From Malacoraja senta (taxonomy: Eukaryota): DNA of 64,000 nucleotides. The notes beneath the pieces were generated by a model. It did no database searches and was not told where the DNA came from. It worked only from the letters and a program-made list of their open reading frames with translations. The translations under genes and the position numbers were made by a program. Position 1 is the stretch's first letter. Every line of letters starts with the position of its first letter. The stretch lies in NCBI GenBank assembly GCA_038087875.1, contig CM075989.1:11718001-11782000 (forward strand), written 5' to 3'. This document shows positions 26,721-39,755 of this stretch, one piece after another.

Positions 26721-27414
26721 CGGATGACTTTGAGAATTGGAAATATGAGACATTGATTTGGAGGAGAGGTTATATTCCTGATTCCTTGCTCACCCTCTCT
26801 CCCTGTGGAGCGCACTAAATCACTGCTTTTAATTCATGGCTAGGACCCGCACAAGGGCATCCCTTCTTGAGGGTTGCCATGGCACCATTTGACGTCATGA
26901 GTATAATTTTATGCCTTTAAACAGAATTGTCACTCTTACGGTGTCGGGAGACAGATTGCAGAAAATAGGATTCTTCCTATCGCTTGAAAAGTTAAAGTCG
27001 CATTTAATTCAAGTTTAAATGAAGGGCTTTGAGAGAGTACAAGGAAAGAGAGGGTCACCTGAGCCACAGATTTCATGTAACTAGTGAAATAACCAGAGTG
27101 GGGGGGGAGACTCAACTCAGAGAGCAAGCTATGAACTAGTTTGAATGGACAGAGAGAGAGAGTGCAAACATCAGGAACTTGCAATAGAACAATGAATGAA
27201 TACTTGAAGGGGCGAACATTAAAGGGAGGAAGGAGAACGCTGCGGAGAGAGACCCTATGGGGGTCCTTACAAAGAGCCAGCACAGACAAAATGGGCTGAA
27301 TGGTTTCTGTCAGTGTAATATATATCTGAATGAAGGTGCTCACAAGACAATAGGGAACGTGGTATATTAATTATAAACTTGTGGATTTATTACTTTGCTA
27401 TGTTGCAGATTTTA

Positions 27415-27659
27415 AACTTTAGACTTTAGAGATACAGTGCGGAAACAGGCCCTTTGACCCACCGAGTCTGCTCTGACTAGTGATCACCCCGTACACTAGC
27501 ACTATCCTACAACTTGTGACAATTTACAATTTTCACCAAAGCCAATTTTAACCTACAAACCTGTACATCTTTCGAGTGTGGGAGGAAACCGGAGCACACG
27601 GAGAAAACCCACGCAGTCACAGGGAGAATGTACAAACTCCGTACAGACAGCACCTGTAG
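27415..27659 (-). mobile_element. HE1-like V-SINE (5'-truncated)
   Basis: Reverse complement of the SINE body and tail (tttagagatacagtgcggaaacaggccc...). Confidence 0.83.
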
Positions 27660-28003
27660 GGCATGACTCGGGGCCATTCAGCTAAATCTGGAGTTGTGCT
27701 GGCAGGGTGGAGAGTAGACAGAGGTCCTGTTGGAGGTGGTCACAGGCTAGAGAACACAGAGCCTTGAAACATTTGGGCTCAGTTGGGGTGACAGCTTTGC
27801 TTGGAGTTTCATCACATGACCCTCCTGCCTCCAAATGCTCTCCCCCTCTGATACCTCCTTGGTGGATTGATCATTCAACATATTTACATCCATTGGCAAA
27901 TTGTCATTTTCATTTCCCAGTTGAGTGTTTTCTGACTTTAGTCAAACTGCGTTTGCAATAACTAATCAAAACCTACAGAGCAAATTGAAACTTTACAAGT
28001 TGA

Positions 28004-28265
28004 TGGCACAGTGGTGCAGCTGCTGCCTCACAACGCCAGAGACCCAGGTTCGATCCTGACCTCACGTTCTTCCTGTGAATGTGTGTATTTTCTCCGGGTG
28101 CTCCGGTTTCCTTCCACATCCCAAAGACGTGTGTGTTAATTGGCCCCTGTAAATTTTCCCGAATGTGTAAGTAGTGAATGCGGAAATGGGATAACATAGA
28201 ACTAATGCAAACAAGTGATCGATGGTCAGCATGGGAATTAGTGGGCCGAAGGGCCTATTTCCAGA
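28004..28265 (+). mobile_element. V-SINE, related subfamily
   Basis: Head gctgcctcacaacgccagagacccaggttcgatcctg; end gggccgaagggcctatttcc. Confidence 0.7.
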
Positions 28266-28667
28266 ATGATTGTTCAATCAATCAATCAATGATTGAAATA
28301 CCGTAGGGATTCTGCTCCCAGATTGCTGTTGATCCATAATTCCTGAAGAATCCTGAAGCATTGGGAATCCCAAGGCCCTTGCAACATTTGGTGGACAGGG
28401 TTGGGCATTGCAATCACCTCACTACATCCGAGCTTGTTGCAGCTGCTATCAGAAGTGATTTTGTGCTGCGGTATAGGCAGAACCCGTTTGTTCTTGGTGT
28501 TAAACTCAGCTGTAGGGAAGATGAATGGGGTGAAGATCTCTTTTCACTGCAGTGACCTGCAGTAATTGAGTTTAGATGATCTCACTGTGACTCAGGAGAA
28601 GAAAATTAATTAATATGGATGCCTGCCAGCTTTGTACAAGGATGTTGGTGATGTTCTGCACGATAGA

Positions 28668-30345
28668 AACTTAGCAAACTAGGTGCAGTAGTAGGCCATT
28701 TGGCCCTTCGAGCCAGCACTGCCATTCAATATGATCATCTAAAATCAGAACCCTGTTCCTGCTTTTTCCCCCACATCCCGTGATACTTTTAACCCTAAGA
28801 GCCAAATCTAACTCTCTCTTGAAATCATCCAGTGAATTGGCATCCACTGCCTTCTTGGGCAGAGATTTCCACAGATTCATAACTCTCTGGGCAAAAAAAA
28901 ATTTCCTCAACTCAGTCCTAAATGGCCTGCCCCTTATTCTTAAACTGTGACCCCTGGTTCTGGACTCCCCCAACATCGGGAACATTTTTCCTGCATCCTG
29001 TCCAATCCTTTAAGAATTTTATATGTTTCTATAATATCCCCTCTCATCCAGTGAATACAAGCTCAGTCGACCCATTCTTTCATCATATGTCAGTCCCGCC
29101 ATCCCGGGAATTAACCTGATGAACCTGCTGCACTCCCTCAATAGCAATATTGTCCTTCCTCAAATTAGGAGACCAAAACTTAAATCCTCGTGCAATGAAT
29201 GCCAACATGCTATTAGCTTTCTTCACTGCCTGCTGTACCTGCATGCTTACTTTCAGTGACTGATGTACAAGCACATCAGGTCTCGTTGCACCTCCCCTTT
29301 TTCTAATCTGATACCATTCAGATAATAATCTGCCTTCCTGTTCTTGCCACCAAAATGGATAACCTCACATTTATCCACATTATACTGCATCTGCCATGCA
29401 TATGCCCACTCACTCTACCTATCCAAGTCACCCTGCAGCCTCATAGCATCCTCATCGCAGCTCACACTGCCACCCAGCTTTGTGTCATCCGCAAACTTGG
29501 AGATGTCACATTTAATTCCCTCGTCTAAATCGTTAATATATTTTGTAAATAACTTGCGGCACCCCACTAGTCACTGCCTGCCATTCTGAAAAGGACCCGT
29601 TAATTCCTGCTCTTTGTTTCCTGTCTGCCAACCAATTCTCTATCCATGTCAATACCCTACCCCCAATTCCATGTGCTCTAATTTTGCACACTAATTTCTT
29701 GTGTGGGACCATGTCAAAGATGTTTTGAATGTCCAGATACATTACATCCACGGGCTCTCCCTTATCCATTCTACTTCTTACATCCTCAAAAAATTCCAGA
29801 AATTAGTCAAGCATGATTTCCCCTTCATAAATCCATGCTGACTTTGACCGATCCTGTCACTGCTTTCCTGCTGCTAGAACATGTTTAACAATCGACTCAG
29901 GCATCAGAGCCACTACCAATGTAAGGCTAACTGGTCTATAATTCCCTGTTTTCTCTCTCCCTCCTTTCTTAAAAAGTGGAGTTATGTTGGCTACCCTGCA
30001 GTCTACAGGAACTGATTCAGAGTCGAGAGAACATTGGAGAATGATCACCAATGCATCCACGATTTCTAGGGCCACCTCCTTGAGTACTCTGGGATGCAGA
30101 CCATCAGGCCCTGGGGATTTATCTGTCTTCAGTCCCAACAGTTTACCTAGCACCATTACCATGTGGATTCCCTTCAATTCCTCCCTCCCACTAGATCCTC
30201 GGTCCCCTAGTATTTCCGGGAGATTGTTTGTGTCTTCCTTAGTGAAGTCAGAACCAAAGTACTTGTTTAACTGTTCTGCCATTTCTTTGTTTCGCATTAT
30301 AAATTCACCTGTCTCTGATTGTAAGGCACCTACATTTGTCTTCAC
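28668..30345 (-). mobile_element. CR1/HER1 LINE ORF2 remnant with internal deletions
   Basis: Minus-strand ORFs with KSPGPDGLHPRVLKEVA...ANITPLFKKGGREKTGNYRPVSLT, DVMYLD, WIENWLADRKQR and SRTRGHSLRIRGRPF. Confidence 0.92.
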
Positions 30346-30867
30346 ATCATTGCAGAGAGAGCAGTAGGTAGAAGAATAGTGCTGAGGATCATCACTGGGT
30401 GGACTGGGGGCAGGCTGTTGATCCCACCAGCGAGGTACAGGCAGGGGCATGATCCTCAAAGAAAGGAAGAAAGGTAGATGGAACAGCAAGGGTGCGGCAA
30501 GGACCTGTGTATCTAGGGAAAATGCACACATTTCCACATAGCTTTTTAAAATATTTTCTCACCCACATAATTATTGATCCTCCTTTGTCCAAACTTTAGA
30601 ACAACACAGGCAACTTCAGAGGGCAGTTGGGTTCCAGCACCCACTGATGTGTCTCTGGACTCACACCTTGGCCGTGGCAATGGAGGCTGGAAACTTGCAT
30701 TCCTAAAATACATCGATGAACTCATTTGGATGTTTACAACATTGACAGCTCCAGCCTCACTTTAAGCGATGGCAAATTTCCTGATTTTTAAAATTATTTT
30801 TAGAATGGATTTATATTTTCAACTTGCTGTGGATGCATGTGGGCTCACTGGGGGGGGGGGGGGGGGG

Positions 30868-31110
30868 TTAGCCCAGTGTTACCCACCACAGTCACCTCTC
30901 ACCAACACTAGAGGGTTGGTCGGTGTAACCCGCCTCCATCACCTCTCACCCTCACTGGAGGGTGAGCCCAGTGTAACGGCACCTCCCACCTCCCACTGGA
31001 GGGTGAGTCCAGTGTAATCCATCTCTGTCATCTCTCATGTCCCATGGAGGGTGAGTCCAGTGTAACCCACCACAGTTACCCTCCACCCTCACTGGATGGT
31101 TAGCCCAGCT
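30868..31110. repeat. Minisatellite, about 41-46 bp unit (ggtgagtccagtgtaacc...cacctctcaccctcactggag), about 5-6 copies
   Basis: Recurrent 'cccagtgtaac' and 'cactggagggtgag' motifs at regular spacing, starting just after a G17 run. Confidence 0.75.
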
Positions 31111-32741
31111 GGCAGAGTTTTTTCTCAACAGCATTGTAACTGGTACCAGGAATCCACTCTCACCCTAAACCTTGGAACATTTCTTCACTCTCAAGCACTG
31201 ACATCCCCTTACTGTCATAGACCATAGTGCACACAAGAAGGTAATTCAGCCCTTCCTGCGCATGTTAGGCCTTTGAAACAGTTCTCCATTTGTTCCTATT
31301 TGTCTGCCCCCTAGAACTGACCTGCTTATTTTGGTGTCAGTGGTGAATCCTGATCTGAGAGAGACATTGCAATTATTTGGGAGTTTCCTCAGCTCTCATA
31401 AAGCACAACAAAATAGCAGCAGGAATAGACCACTCAACCGCACAACCCTGCCTTGCACAGTCAATATGAGTGTGGGGCTTCTTTTCTGTCCTACCTCCTC
31501 CTGAGACACAGAAATAGAGTTTCCAGAACTTTCCATCGTCCTGTAATGTTTGTTTGCCGAGAGAAGTGCTGATGTATGCGTGGAGAGGTGTGAATCAAGG
31601 AATGGGATGGCCTTTCATCAGGTGGAGAGGGTGGGCTTGTCCTAGCAATGGTCAGGAGAAGGTGTGGTGGCCTCATCAATGGCTCACTGTGACAGGATGA
31701 GTAACTCAGGACCACACAGGATGTGACATTGTCAGGCAGCCACCGCTGTTTTGTCTCCCTCCAAATTCAATTTCTCTAATCTCTGCATCTCTCTCCACTT
31801 GAATTTGATTCTTGTTTCTTTCCTGTTGTTTTTTTGGAGAGATTGTTACCAAATAGAGGGAATGTCACTCTGGAGAATGGAGGGGTGAGGTTGAGGCCAG
31901 GACCTGCGTGCCTGTGGCTATCACACATCAACTGGGTGGCAATCTGTCCGGGTTGGTGGCGAGGATAAGTTACTGCCTGTGATCCGAATGGGTTGAAAGC
32001 CTGAGGGGTTACCCAGTGTGCAGAGATTAACTGGTGAATTCAACAGCACAGTGCAAGCTGTGGAGCAACTAAACTAAATGAGGGATAATACTCTTCCTTT
32101 GCAGGTAAACATGAACCTTGGAGTTTGCGATTGTCATTTGCTTAATTTGAATGATTTTGACTCGGGGAAATTGGAACAAAAAGTTGCAGATGCTGAAATC
32201 TGAAACAAAAACAGAGAATGCTGGAAACACTCATTAGTTTCACCTATAACGTGCTTGCTGATCTGATGCAGATGAGGCTCAGTGAGATGAACCAGAGAAA
32301 CCTTCAACTCAACTTAAATTCTTGCTGCTGGAACTAACACTCTCATGATTGTGGTTAATTTATTATCTGTCTTGTCCTGCCTTGTATTCTCAACACTGCA
32401 CCCCGTTCCCATCACGATAAAGGTGAGTGTCTCAATGCTCCCCGAGCTGAGAATGGTGTGGTGAGATGGGACCTGTTTCCAAGATCGTGATGGTTGGGAG
32501 GACTTAGTGTGGGAATGGACACACTATCCTGGTCTCTCTCCCTTGCAGTAGCTGTGAGTCGCAATGCTTTGTACTGCTCACCTGGATATCCTTCCAACCC
32601 ATCTTCAAGGGATCAGGAGGAACCCATCGAACAACCAAGACCTTCTTCCGTCTACCCACCGAGCTCAATGTGATTCTGTATCTTTAGCAAGTCACCTAGC
32701 CGTGATGTTTTAATCGTCTCTTCCTGTTATTATTTTCACAG

Positions 32742-32784
32742 CACTGGCTGGATATCTCCAAATCCATTATTAAACAAATGAAAT
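32742..32784 (+). CDS. FRMD5: FRMD5 exon 3 (HWLDISKSIIKQMK-)
   Basis: ttttcacag|CACTGG...AAAT|gtaagt, 43 nt, phase 0/1, continuing the frame of exon 2. Confidence 0.92.
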
Positions 32785-33019
32785 GTAAGTTCTCAAATTA
32801 TTGGCAGTTTTTCTAGTTAAAATGTTGCATTGTGATTTTTTCAATGAAAATGTTACATTTAATCTTTTTTTACAATGTATTTAGATTTTCCTGTGTTCAC
32901 TACGCTGTAGTCAATTGTGGTAGAACATCAATATATAATCTCTGATTTCTCATCACGCATGCATCTAAACCAAACAATAGCAGATTATTTCAGATCTTGG
33001 TTACTCTGCTCGGCTGGCT

Positions 33020-33530
33020 AATCCCCTGTTTCTAATTCCAATGGCTGACCCTGCCTACAATTATAATGGACATACATTGGAAATAAGGTCACACAAGGTC
33101 CAATTATAATGGCTGACCCTACCTTCAATTCTAATTAGTCACCCTGTCTCTTATTGAATTGGGAGACCATATCTATTACTACAATGGGTTCTTTACCTCT
33201 AATTCCAATTGGTAACCCTGTTATTCCATTGAGAGATCCTGCCTTTTATTCCATTAGGAGACCCTGTGTTATATTTCATTGTGTGACCTTGTTTCCAATG
33301 TATGTCCCTGTCTCTAGTTCCACTGAATGTTTTTGCCTCTTATTCCTTTGGGAGACCCTGTCTTTTATTCCAATTGGTGTCCTGTCACCAATTCCAATTG
33401 GTGACCTTGCCTCTTTATCCATTGGTTGCCCCGTCTACAAATCCATTTTGTGGCTGTCTCATTCCATTGGATGACCCTGTCTGCAATTTCAATGAGTGGC
33501 CCTGTCTGTTATTCCACTCAGTAGATCCAG
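33020..33530. repeat. Degenerate minisatellite, about 24-bp unit (attccattggtgaccctgtcttt), about 20 copies
   Basis: 'gaccctg' and 'ccattgg/ccaattgg' recur roughly every 24 nt. Confidence 0.75.
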
Positions 33531-34491
33531 CACTGTTTCCCTTTTCTGTGCCACACCTGGACTCACACCTATCTCCCTCCTTCCTTCTCCACCTACATTC
33601 CTCTCTGTGGCTTCACAACTCTAGCCTTTGTCAACACATCTACCTATTACCTGTCACGCTTTGTGACTGTTAGATAACCAGACTGTTAGATAACATCTGA
33701 CTCCTTCACCAGGTAATGATGGTAAATATCTGCCTGTCAGTATCCAATGTAGGCGATTCTAAGAACATTCCATTAATATTTAAAAAAATATATGGGTGAG
33801 AACAAAACACTGAGCCTGGCACTGTAGATCAGCTTTGATCTATACGCCGGTTTTCGGCCCTGGGTCACAGTGAAAGGGCAGGTGACTGATGGGATTGGTA
33901 TGAACTCAATGGGCCAAACAACCTTCTTCTGTGCTTGAGGGAACTGCAGATGCTGGTTTAGACCAAAGAAAGACACTTATCTATCTGTCTTTCTTCTGTT
34001 CATTATTGACTCTACCAGAGTCATACAACATCCTTGGTCCACCACAACTGTGCTAATCATTCTCTACTATCTATCTCATCAGAGACCCCGAGACTATCTT
34101 AGATCAGACTTTACTGGAATTTAACTTGCAATAAATGTTATTCATGTTATTCCCTTTATCATGTATTTGTACACTGTAGATGGCTCAATTGTAATCATAT
34201 ATTGTCTTTCTGCTGACTGGTTAGAACACAACAAAAGCTTTTCACTGTGCGTCGGTACACGTGACAACAAGCTCAACTCAAACTCAAACCAACTACTAAC
34301 TGCATGTGGATAAACGTGAGGGAAAAAGGAAAAGAAGGAGTGGGGTGGTCTGAGATCAGGTGGGGTAGCGGTTTGAATCATCGATTCTGTATAGTAATTT
34401 GCAACCCGATTGCAAAAGAAGGGAATATAATCATTGATTATTATAGGCTGTTGTTTGACAAAATAATTTTGCAGTGCGCACACAAAAATGA

Positions 34492-34596
<105 letters not shown>

Positions 34597-34920
34597 TAAG
34601 GGGCTGTTGGCCACCTGTTATGGGTTATTGTCCTGGCATGTAGAATCAAAGAACTGCAGATGCCAGTTAATACACAAAAGGAGAAAAAGTGTTGGAGTAA
34701 CTCAGTGGGTCAGGCAGAATCCCAGGAGAACATGAATGGGCGACATTTTGGGTCGAGATCCTTCTTCAGATTGATTGTGGGAGGGGAAGAAAGCTGGAAA
34801 AGGGGAGAGGCAGGAGGACCTGATTGGCAGGTAAAGGTCATCACAGGTGAGGGAGAGGGGGGGGGGGCGGTGGTTGATAGGCAGCTGGTTGGAACAAAGA
34901 CCAAGGATAAGAAAGATTAG

Positions 34921-35796
34921 GAAAAGGGGAGGTGCAGCAAGACCTAGGTGTGCTTGTTCATCAGTCATTGAAAGTAAACAAGCAGGTACAGCAAGCAGTG
35001 AAGAAAGCTAATAGCATGTTGGCTTTCATTGCGAGAGGATTTGAGTTTAGGAGCAAGGAGGTCCTACCGCAGTTATAGAGGGCCCTGGTGAGACTGCACC
35101 TGGAGTATTCAGGTAACCCCTACAAAACCCTCCATTTCTCCCGCACACTCTCCCCTGTGCCCCACCTAGACTTCCAGACCTCTCCTCTCCCCTCCACCTT
35201 CCTTCTTCTGGGTTCACAATTCATAACTTTTTCTGCCTTTTAGTTTAGGAGCAAGGAGTTCCTACTGCAGTTGTACAGGGCCCTGGTGAGACTGCACCTG
35301 GAGTATTGTGTGCAATTTTGGTCTTCTAATTTGAGGAAGGACATTATTGCTATTGAGGGAGTGCAGCGTAGGTTCACCAGGTTAATTCTCAGGATGGTGG
35401 AACTGGCATATGGTGAAAGAATGGGTCGACTGGGCTTGTATTCACTGGAATTTAGAAAGATGGGATCTTATAGAAACATATACAATTCTTAAAAGATTGG
35501 ACAGGCTGGGCCATTTTGGACTGAGATGAGGAAAAACCTCTTCACCAGAGAGTTGTGAAATTCTGTGGAATTCTCTGCCACAGAAAGCAGTGGAGGCCAA
35601 TTCACTGGATGTTTTCAAGAGAGAGTTAGATTTAGCTCTTAGGGCTAAAGGAATCAAGGGATATGGGGGAAAAAACAGGAACGGGGTACTGCTTTTAGAT
35701 GATCAGCCAGGATCATATGGAATGGCAGTGCTGGCTCGAAGAGCTGAATGGCCGACTCCTGCACCTATTTTTCTATGTTTCTATGTTCTATGTTTC
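34921..35796 (+). mobile_element. CR1/HER1 LINE 3' fragment inserted in a Penelope-derived repeat (34648-36115)
   Basis: YRALVRLHLEYCVQFWS...FTRLI, EANSLDVFKRELD, and an (tttctatg)n tail at about 35770-35796. Confidence 0.88.
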
Positions 35797-36036
35797 TAAG
35801 AAAGGAGGGAAGGCGTGAGACAGGTTTGAAGAGTTACAGATTGTAAAGCCAGAGGGGGGAAATCGGCAGAGGGAGAGGTTAGTGGAGGGTAGAAATAGGT
35901 GGGAATGCTTGGTGGGGCACAAGGGAAAAAAGTGCTGCCTCTCAAAACCCCCTCCCTCCTCTGTGTTGATCTATTACCTGCCACATGGGTCATGCCGCTC
36001 CCTTTTTCCAGCTTTCTCTCACCTCCTACAATCGGT

Positions 36037-36064
36037 CTGAAGAAGGGTCTTGACCCGAAACGTC
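36037..36064 (+). ncRNA. Minimal hammerhead ribozyme motif in a Penelope-derived repeat
   Basis: CUGAAGA-A-GGGUC-UU-GACCC-GAAA-C-GUC: conserved core, 5-bp stem II, minimal palindromic stem III (ACGU) and a GUC cleavage triplet. Confidence 0.6.
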
Positions 36065-38187
36065 TCCTATCCATGTTCTGCAGGGATGCTGTCTGACCCG
36101 CTGAGTTACTCCGGCACAGGCACGTCCTTATGACAATCCACCCTAGGTATAATAAGTCCCTAACCAGAGAGAGGGAGACTGTATCTCAGAGCAGGGACTG
36201 CCACCTTAAGGCTCATCACTCATAAAGCTCTTCTGTGCTCCTTAACGCATAAATAGATGCTTTCTATGTACTTAGCTTTCATTGAGCTTTAACTTTACTG
36301 TGTCACAATGTTCAAATCAGACATTCGCTCCTTCTGGAAGGTAATGCTATCTAGCTGTGAAGAGAAGCAGTATTGTAACTCAATCCATTCAGAGGCTGTT
36401 GCGATCCTTATGGACTCCAGGCTGATGTGATGTGGAACACACTGAGCAGTTTTACTTTCGGATCTGCAGCCTCCGCAACTTTACGTTCTATTTTAACGTT
36501 GGAACATTGACTAATCATCAAGAAAATCCTGTTAATATTGCTTGGGGAGGTTAGAAATATCCAAATTTTGCCTGTGTTAGGAGATAAATTATACAGTTAT
36601 TTGAAAGATATGAGCTGAGAAAATCAAACAATTAATCTAAGAAATGTTGATCATTTTTACTCTCCATTGGGATGAGAGGATTAGTAAAGGCCAGTTTTTA
36701 TTGCCCATCCCCCACTGTTCTGGGCAAGATGGGGATGAGCACCTACAAGACGATTGGTAGACTTTCTGATAGAGCTGCTCTATCTGTTGTGTTCGGGACG
36801 GAAGCAGAGTTGCAGGATTGAACCCAGGAACAATGAAGGAACAACAATATATTTCCAAGTCAGATGGTGGAGAGCCTGGAGGTGGCTGTGATTCATTAAA
36901 CATTGTCTGGTTCTCTTTGGCATCAACCAACCTCTCTTCACATTTTCTACACCCCAGAGTATGTATAATAGGGAGTGGAGTCTGCCTCATATACTGAGTG
37001 TTAAATGGAATCTAAAAAATGATGCAGAGTCCAATTGATACCATTAACTTAGTGACCCTCTCATTCTGTTTCTCCTTCACATTCTTCAAATTTCAGATGA
37101 ATGTATCTTTTTTTCTCTTGTAAATATGCGAAACAGAATCATTGTTAATGAAGAAAAACTCATCATGGTCACATCCTGAGTAAGGTTTGATTTCATTTAA
37201 TGTGCTCCATCAACTTTTTTAAGGGTGATGGAAGTTATGCTTTTAAAAGAGAATTGAATGGGTGCACAAGGGGGAATAACTTGCAGGGCTAAAGGGTACG
37301 AGCAGGAGAAGGGACCGAGGAGAGACTAAGGGTGGAGTGGTCTCGCTCCTTTCCTGAACAATACCACGATTCTATGTCTGTTAGTAATTAAAACACAAAG
37401 TGCTGGAGTAACTCAGCAGGCAAGGTGGCATCTGTAAAGGGTATGAAAAGGTGATACTTCGGGTCAAGATCCATTTTCAGATCCAACCTAAAACATCACC
37501 TATTCATTCCCTCTACTGATGCAGTCTGTCCCGCATTCCGTGGTTATGCTCAAGATTTCAGCATCTGCAGTTCTTGTTAATTATGTTGGTCCCATTATGG
37601 CAGAATAATTACGATGACAGTTCAGGACATGTAGAGGAGAATGGATGGGGTGGATCATTCCACCTGTGCATTAAAGCCTGTGGATTAACGTAAAGTTGAC
37701 CAGAGAGTGTGCGGTTTCACATTTGAGCAACGCTTGCTGTAAATTGCGTGAGAGATCCTTTTGTTTGGAAAAACAATGAGTCGTGTGTTGGCCTGGTCCA
37801 CAACGGGGCAGGGACGAATCACCAAGGCCAGCTTCCACCAGCTGTTGTGACCTTCAGTGAGCTTTTCAAATTCAGGGTACTTTCAGTGGCAAAGGCATTG
37901 TTGGAAATACTTTTATTGAAATAAGAAACGGAATGCAACTCTGATGAAACTATAAGGTTAAAGTTATTTAAAATTGGGTCACTTGCCAGAAATAGGCGTC
38001 AAGTGTTACGGGGAGAAAGCAGGAGAATGGGGTTGAGATGGAAACATAGATCAGCCATGATTGAATGGCGGAGTGGACTCGATGAGCCAAATGGCCAAAT
38101 TCTGGTCCCATGGATCAGACGTTTGGATTGAGGAAACTCATGTGAATGTTCTGAGTGTGCTAACACAATCAGGATATGTTGGAGAGG

Positions 38188-38495
38188 TAGACAAAAATGC
38201 TGGAGAAACTCAGCGGGTGCAGCAGCATCTATGGAGCGAAGGAAATAGGTAACGTTTCGGGCCGAAACCCTTCTTCAGACTGATAGGGGGTGGGGAGAAG
38301 AAAGGAAAAAAGGAAAAAGGCGGAGGAGGAGCCCGAGGGCTGGGGGAGGGGAGGAGACAACCAGATGGCTGATGAAGGGGAGGGGACAGCAAGGGCTAGC
38401 AGAATTGGGAGAATTCAATGTTCAAGCCCCCAGGATGTAGACTGCCCAAGCGGAATATGAGGTGCATTTCCTCCAATTTTCGGTGTTGCTCGCTG
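38188..38495 (-). mobile_element. Penelope-like element 3' end (end of RT/GIY-YIG ORF plus terminal repeat), cut by the gap
   Basis: Minus strand reads SEQHRKLEEMHLIFRLGSLHPGGLNIEFSQFC*, followed by a pyrimidine-rich tract and the hammerhead-like core CTGAAGAAGGGTTTCGGCCCGAAACGTT (38251-38278). Confidence 0.8.
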
Positions 38496-38695
38496 NNNNN
38501 NNNNNNNNNNNNNNNNNNNNNNNNNNNNNNNNNNNNNNNNNNNNNNNNNNNNNNNNNNNNNNNNNNNNNNNNNNNNNNNNNNNNNNNNNNNNNNNNNNNN
38601 NNNNNNNNNNNNNNNNNNNNNNNNNNNNNNNNNNNNNNNNNNNNNNNNNNNNNNNNNNNNNNNNNNNNNNNNNNNNNNNNNNNNNNNNNNNNNNN
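38496..38695. other. Assembly gap (200 N)
   Basis: Run of exactly 200 N; the round number suggests a placeholder of unknown size. Confidence 0.99.
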
Positions 38696-39266
38696 CTCGG
38701 CCCCTCGGCCCCGGCTCCCAGTGCCAAGCTTGCCGCCCAGAGGCTGTCAGACGCTCGGCTAATGTCCCCGAGGCTGAGAGGCTGCACCGCACCTGTCAGT
38801 GACACTCAGAGGCATCTATTTCAAAGCTTGTTCATAGGACATTTTAACAGCACATCAATTTGTCACTGGAAGGAGAGGAGGGCTAGCCAACAATAACAGC
38901 CCTGGCCTGTTGATGCACCCCCAGGGAGCTGCTCACACCCCGGGGGAGGGGGGGGGGGTCTCTGAGGGCCCAACTTCCTCACCGGCCAAACCAGCCATGG
39001 GAAACACACAGGGAGAGATTCGCACCCAGAGAGCGGAGACTTGGAACTGATCCACCAACTCACATCACATGTAATCCTACACTAGCAATAACGGTGTCTT
39101 TAATGCAACAACAATCCCTGGATGTTTCAAGGGAATGTTGGCCTGTGCAGGATCTCTGAGCTTGGGTGGGGGGGAGGGGGGTGTTCAGGAACAGAGCAGG
39201 GCAGCGGTGGAGAGGTAGGGAGGGGGCTGAATGGCAGCCTGGCCTCGGACGCAGGAAGAGACGTAA

Positions 39267-39570
39267 AGGGCCTGTCCCACGGGCATGCGACTCCATGCGG
39301 CCAGCGCGACCTAACCGCAAGCGGGTGCCGCGCGGAGGTCGCGGGGCCGGTCCCACTTCGATCGCGGGAGCCGCATGGAGTTGTGCGGAGCTGGTCCCGA
39401 CATCGCGCGGGGCTCCGAAAAACTGACACTGTTCAAAAATTCCGTGCGGCAAGGGCCGGCCGATTCGAGGCCGTGCGCACCGTCTTGACGGCACTCGACC
39501 TCCGCGCGGCCCCCGCTTGCGGTTAGGTCGCGCTTGCCGCATGGAGTCGCATGCCCGTGGGACAGGCCCT
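39267..39570. mobile_element. CpG-rich MITE with about 75-bp TIRs, probably PIF/Harbinger
   Basis: agggcctgtcccacgggcatgcgactccatgcgg... / ...ccgcatggagtcgcatgcccgtgggacaggccct; flanks TAA (39264-39266) and TTA (39571-39573). Terminal motif shared with 196-989. Confidence 0.75.
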
Positions 39571-39755
39571 TTACTCGTGCGTGGTCTCTCTGCCTCTGAA
39601 ACGGCTCCCGGCAAAAGAGGGGCAGGTGACCCTTGAGGTGAAGTGCCTCGAACACCCCCAACTACCCCGCAAAACCACCGCTCACGGGTGCAAGCGGGAA
39701 GCTGGGGTCACACACACCCTGATTGGGAAATATTGGGTCACAATTCTGGAACTGA

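Noticed and set aside
30868-33530. Regularly spaced repeats as CRISPR-like arrays
   Set aside because: Eukaryotic intron, degenerate tandem units without unique spacers, no cas genes.
38415-38896. ORFs spanning the N run (also 45661-46223)
   Set aside because: Artefacts of translating N; the two flanks are unrelated.
39060-39661. Several 100-184 aa ORFs on both strands
   Set aside because: They arise from a GC-rich palindromic MITE; the same peptide appears on both strands because of the TIRs.
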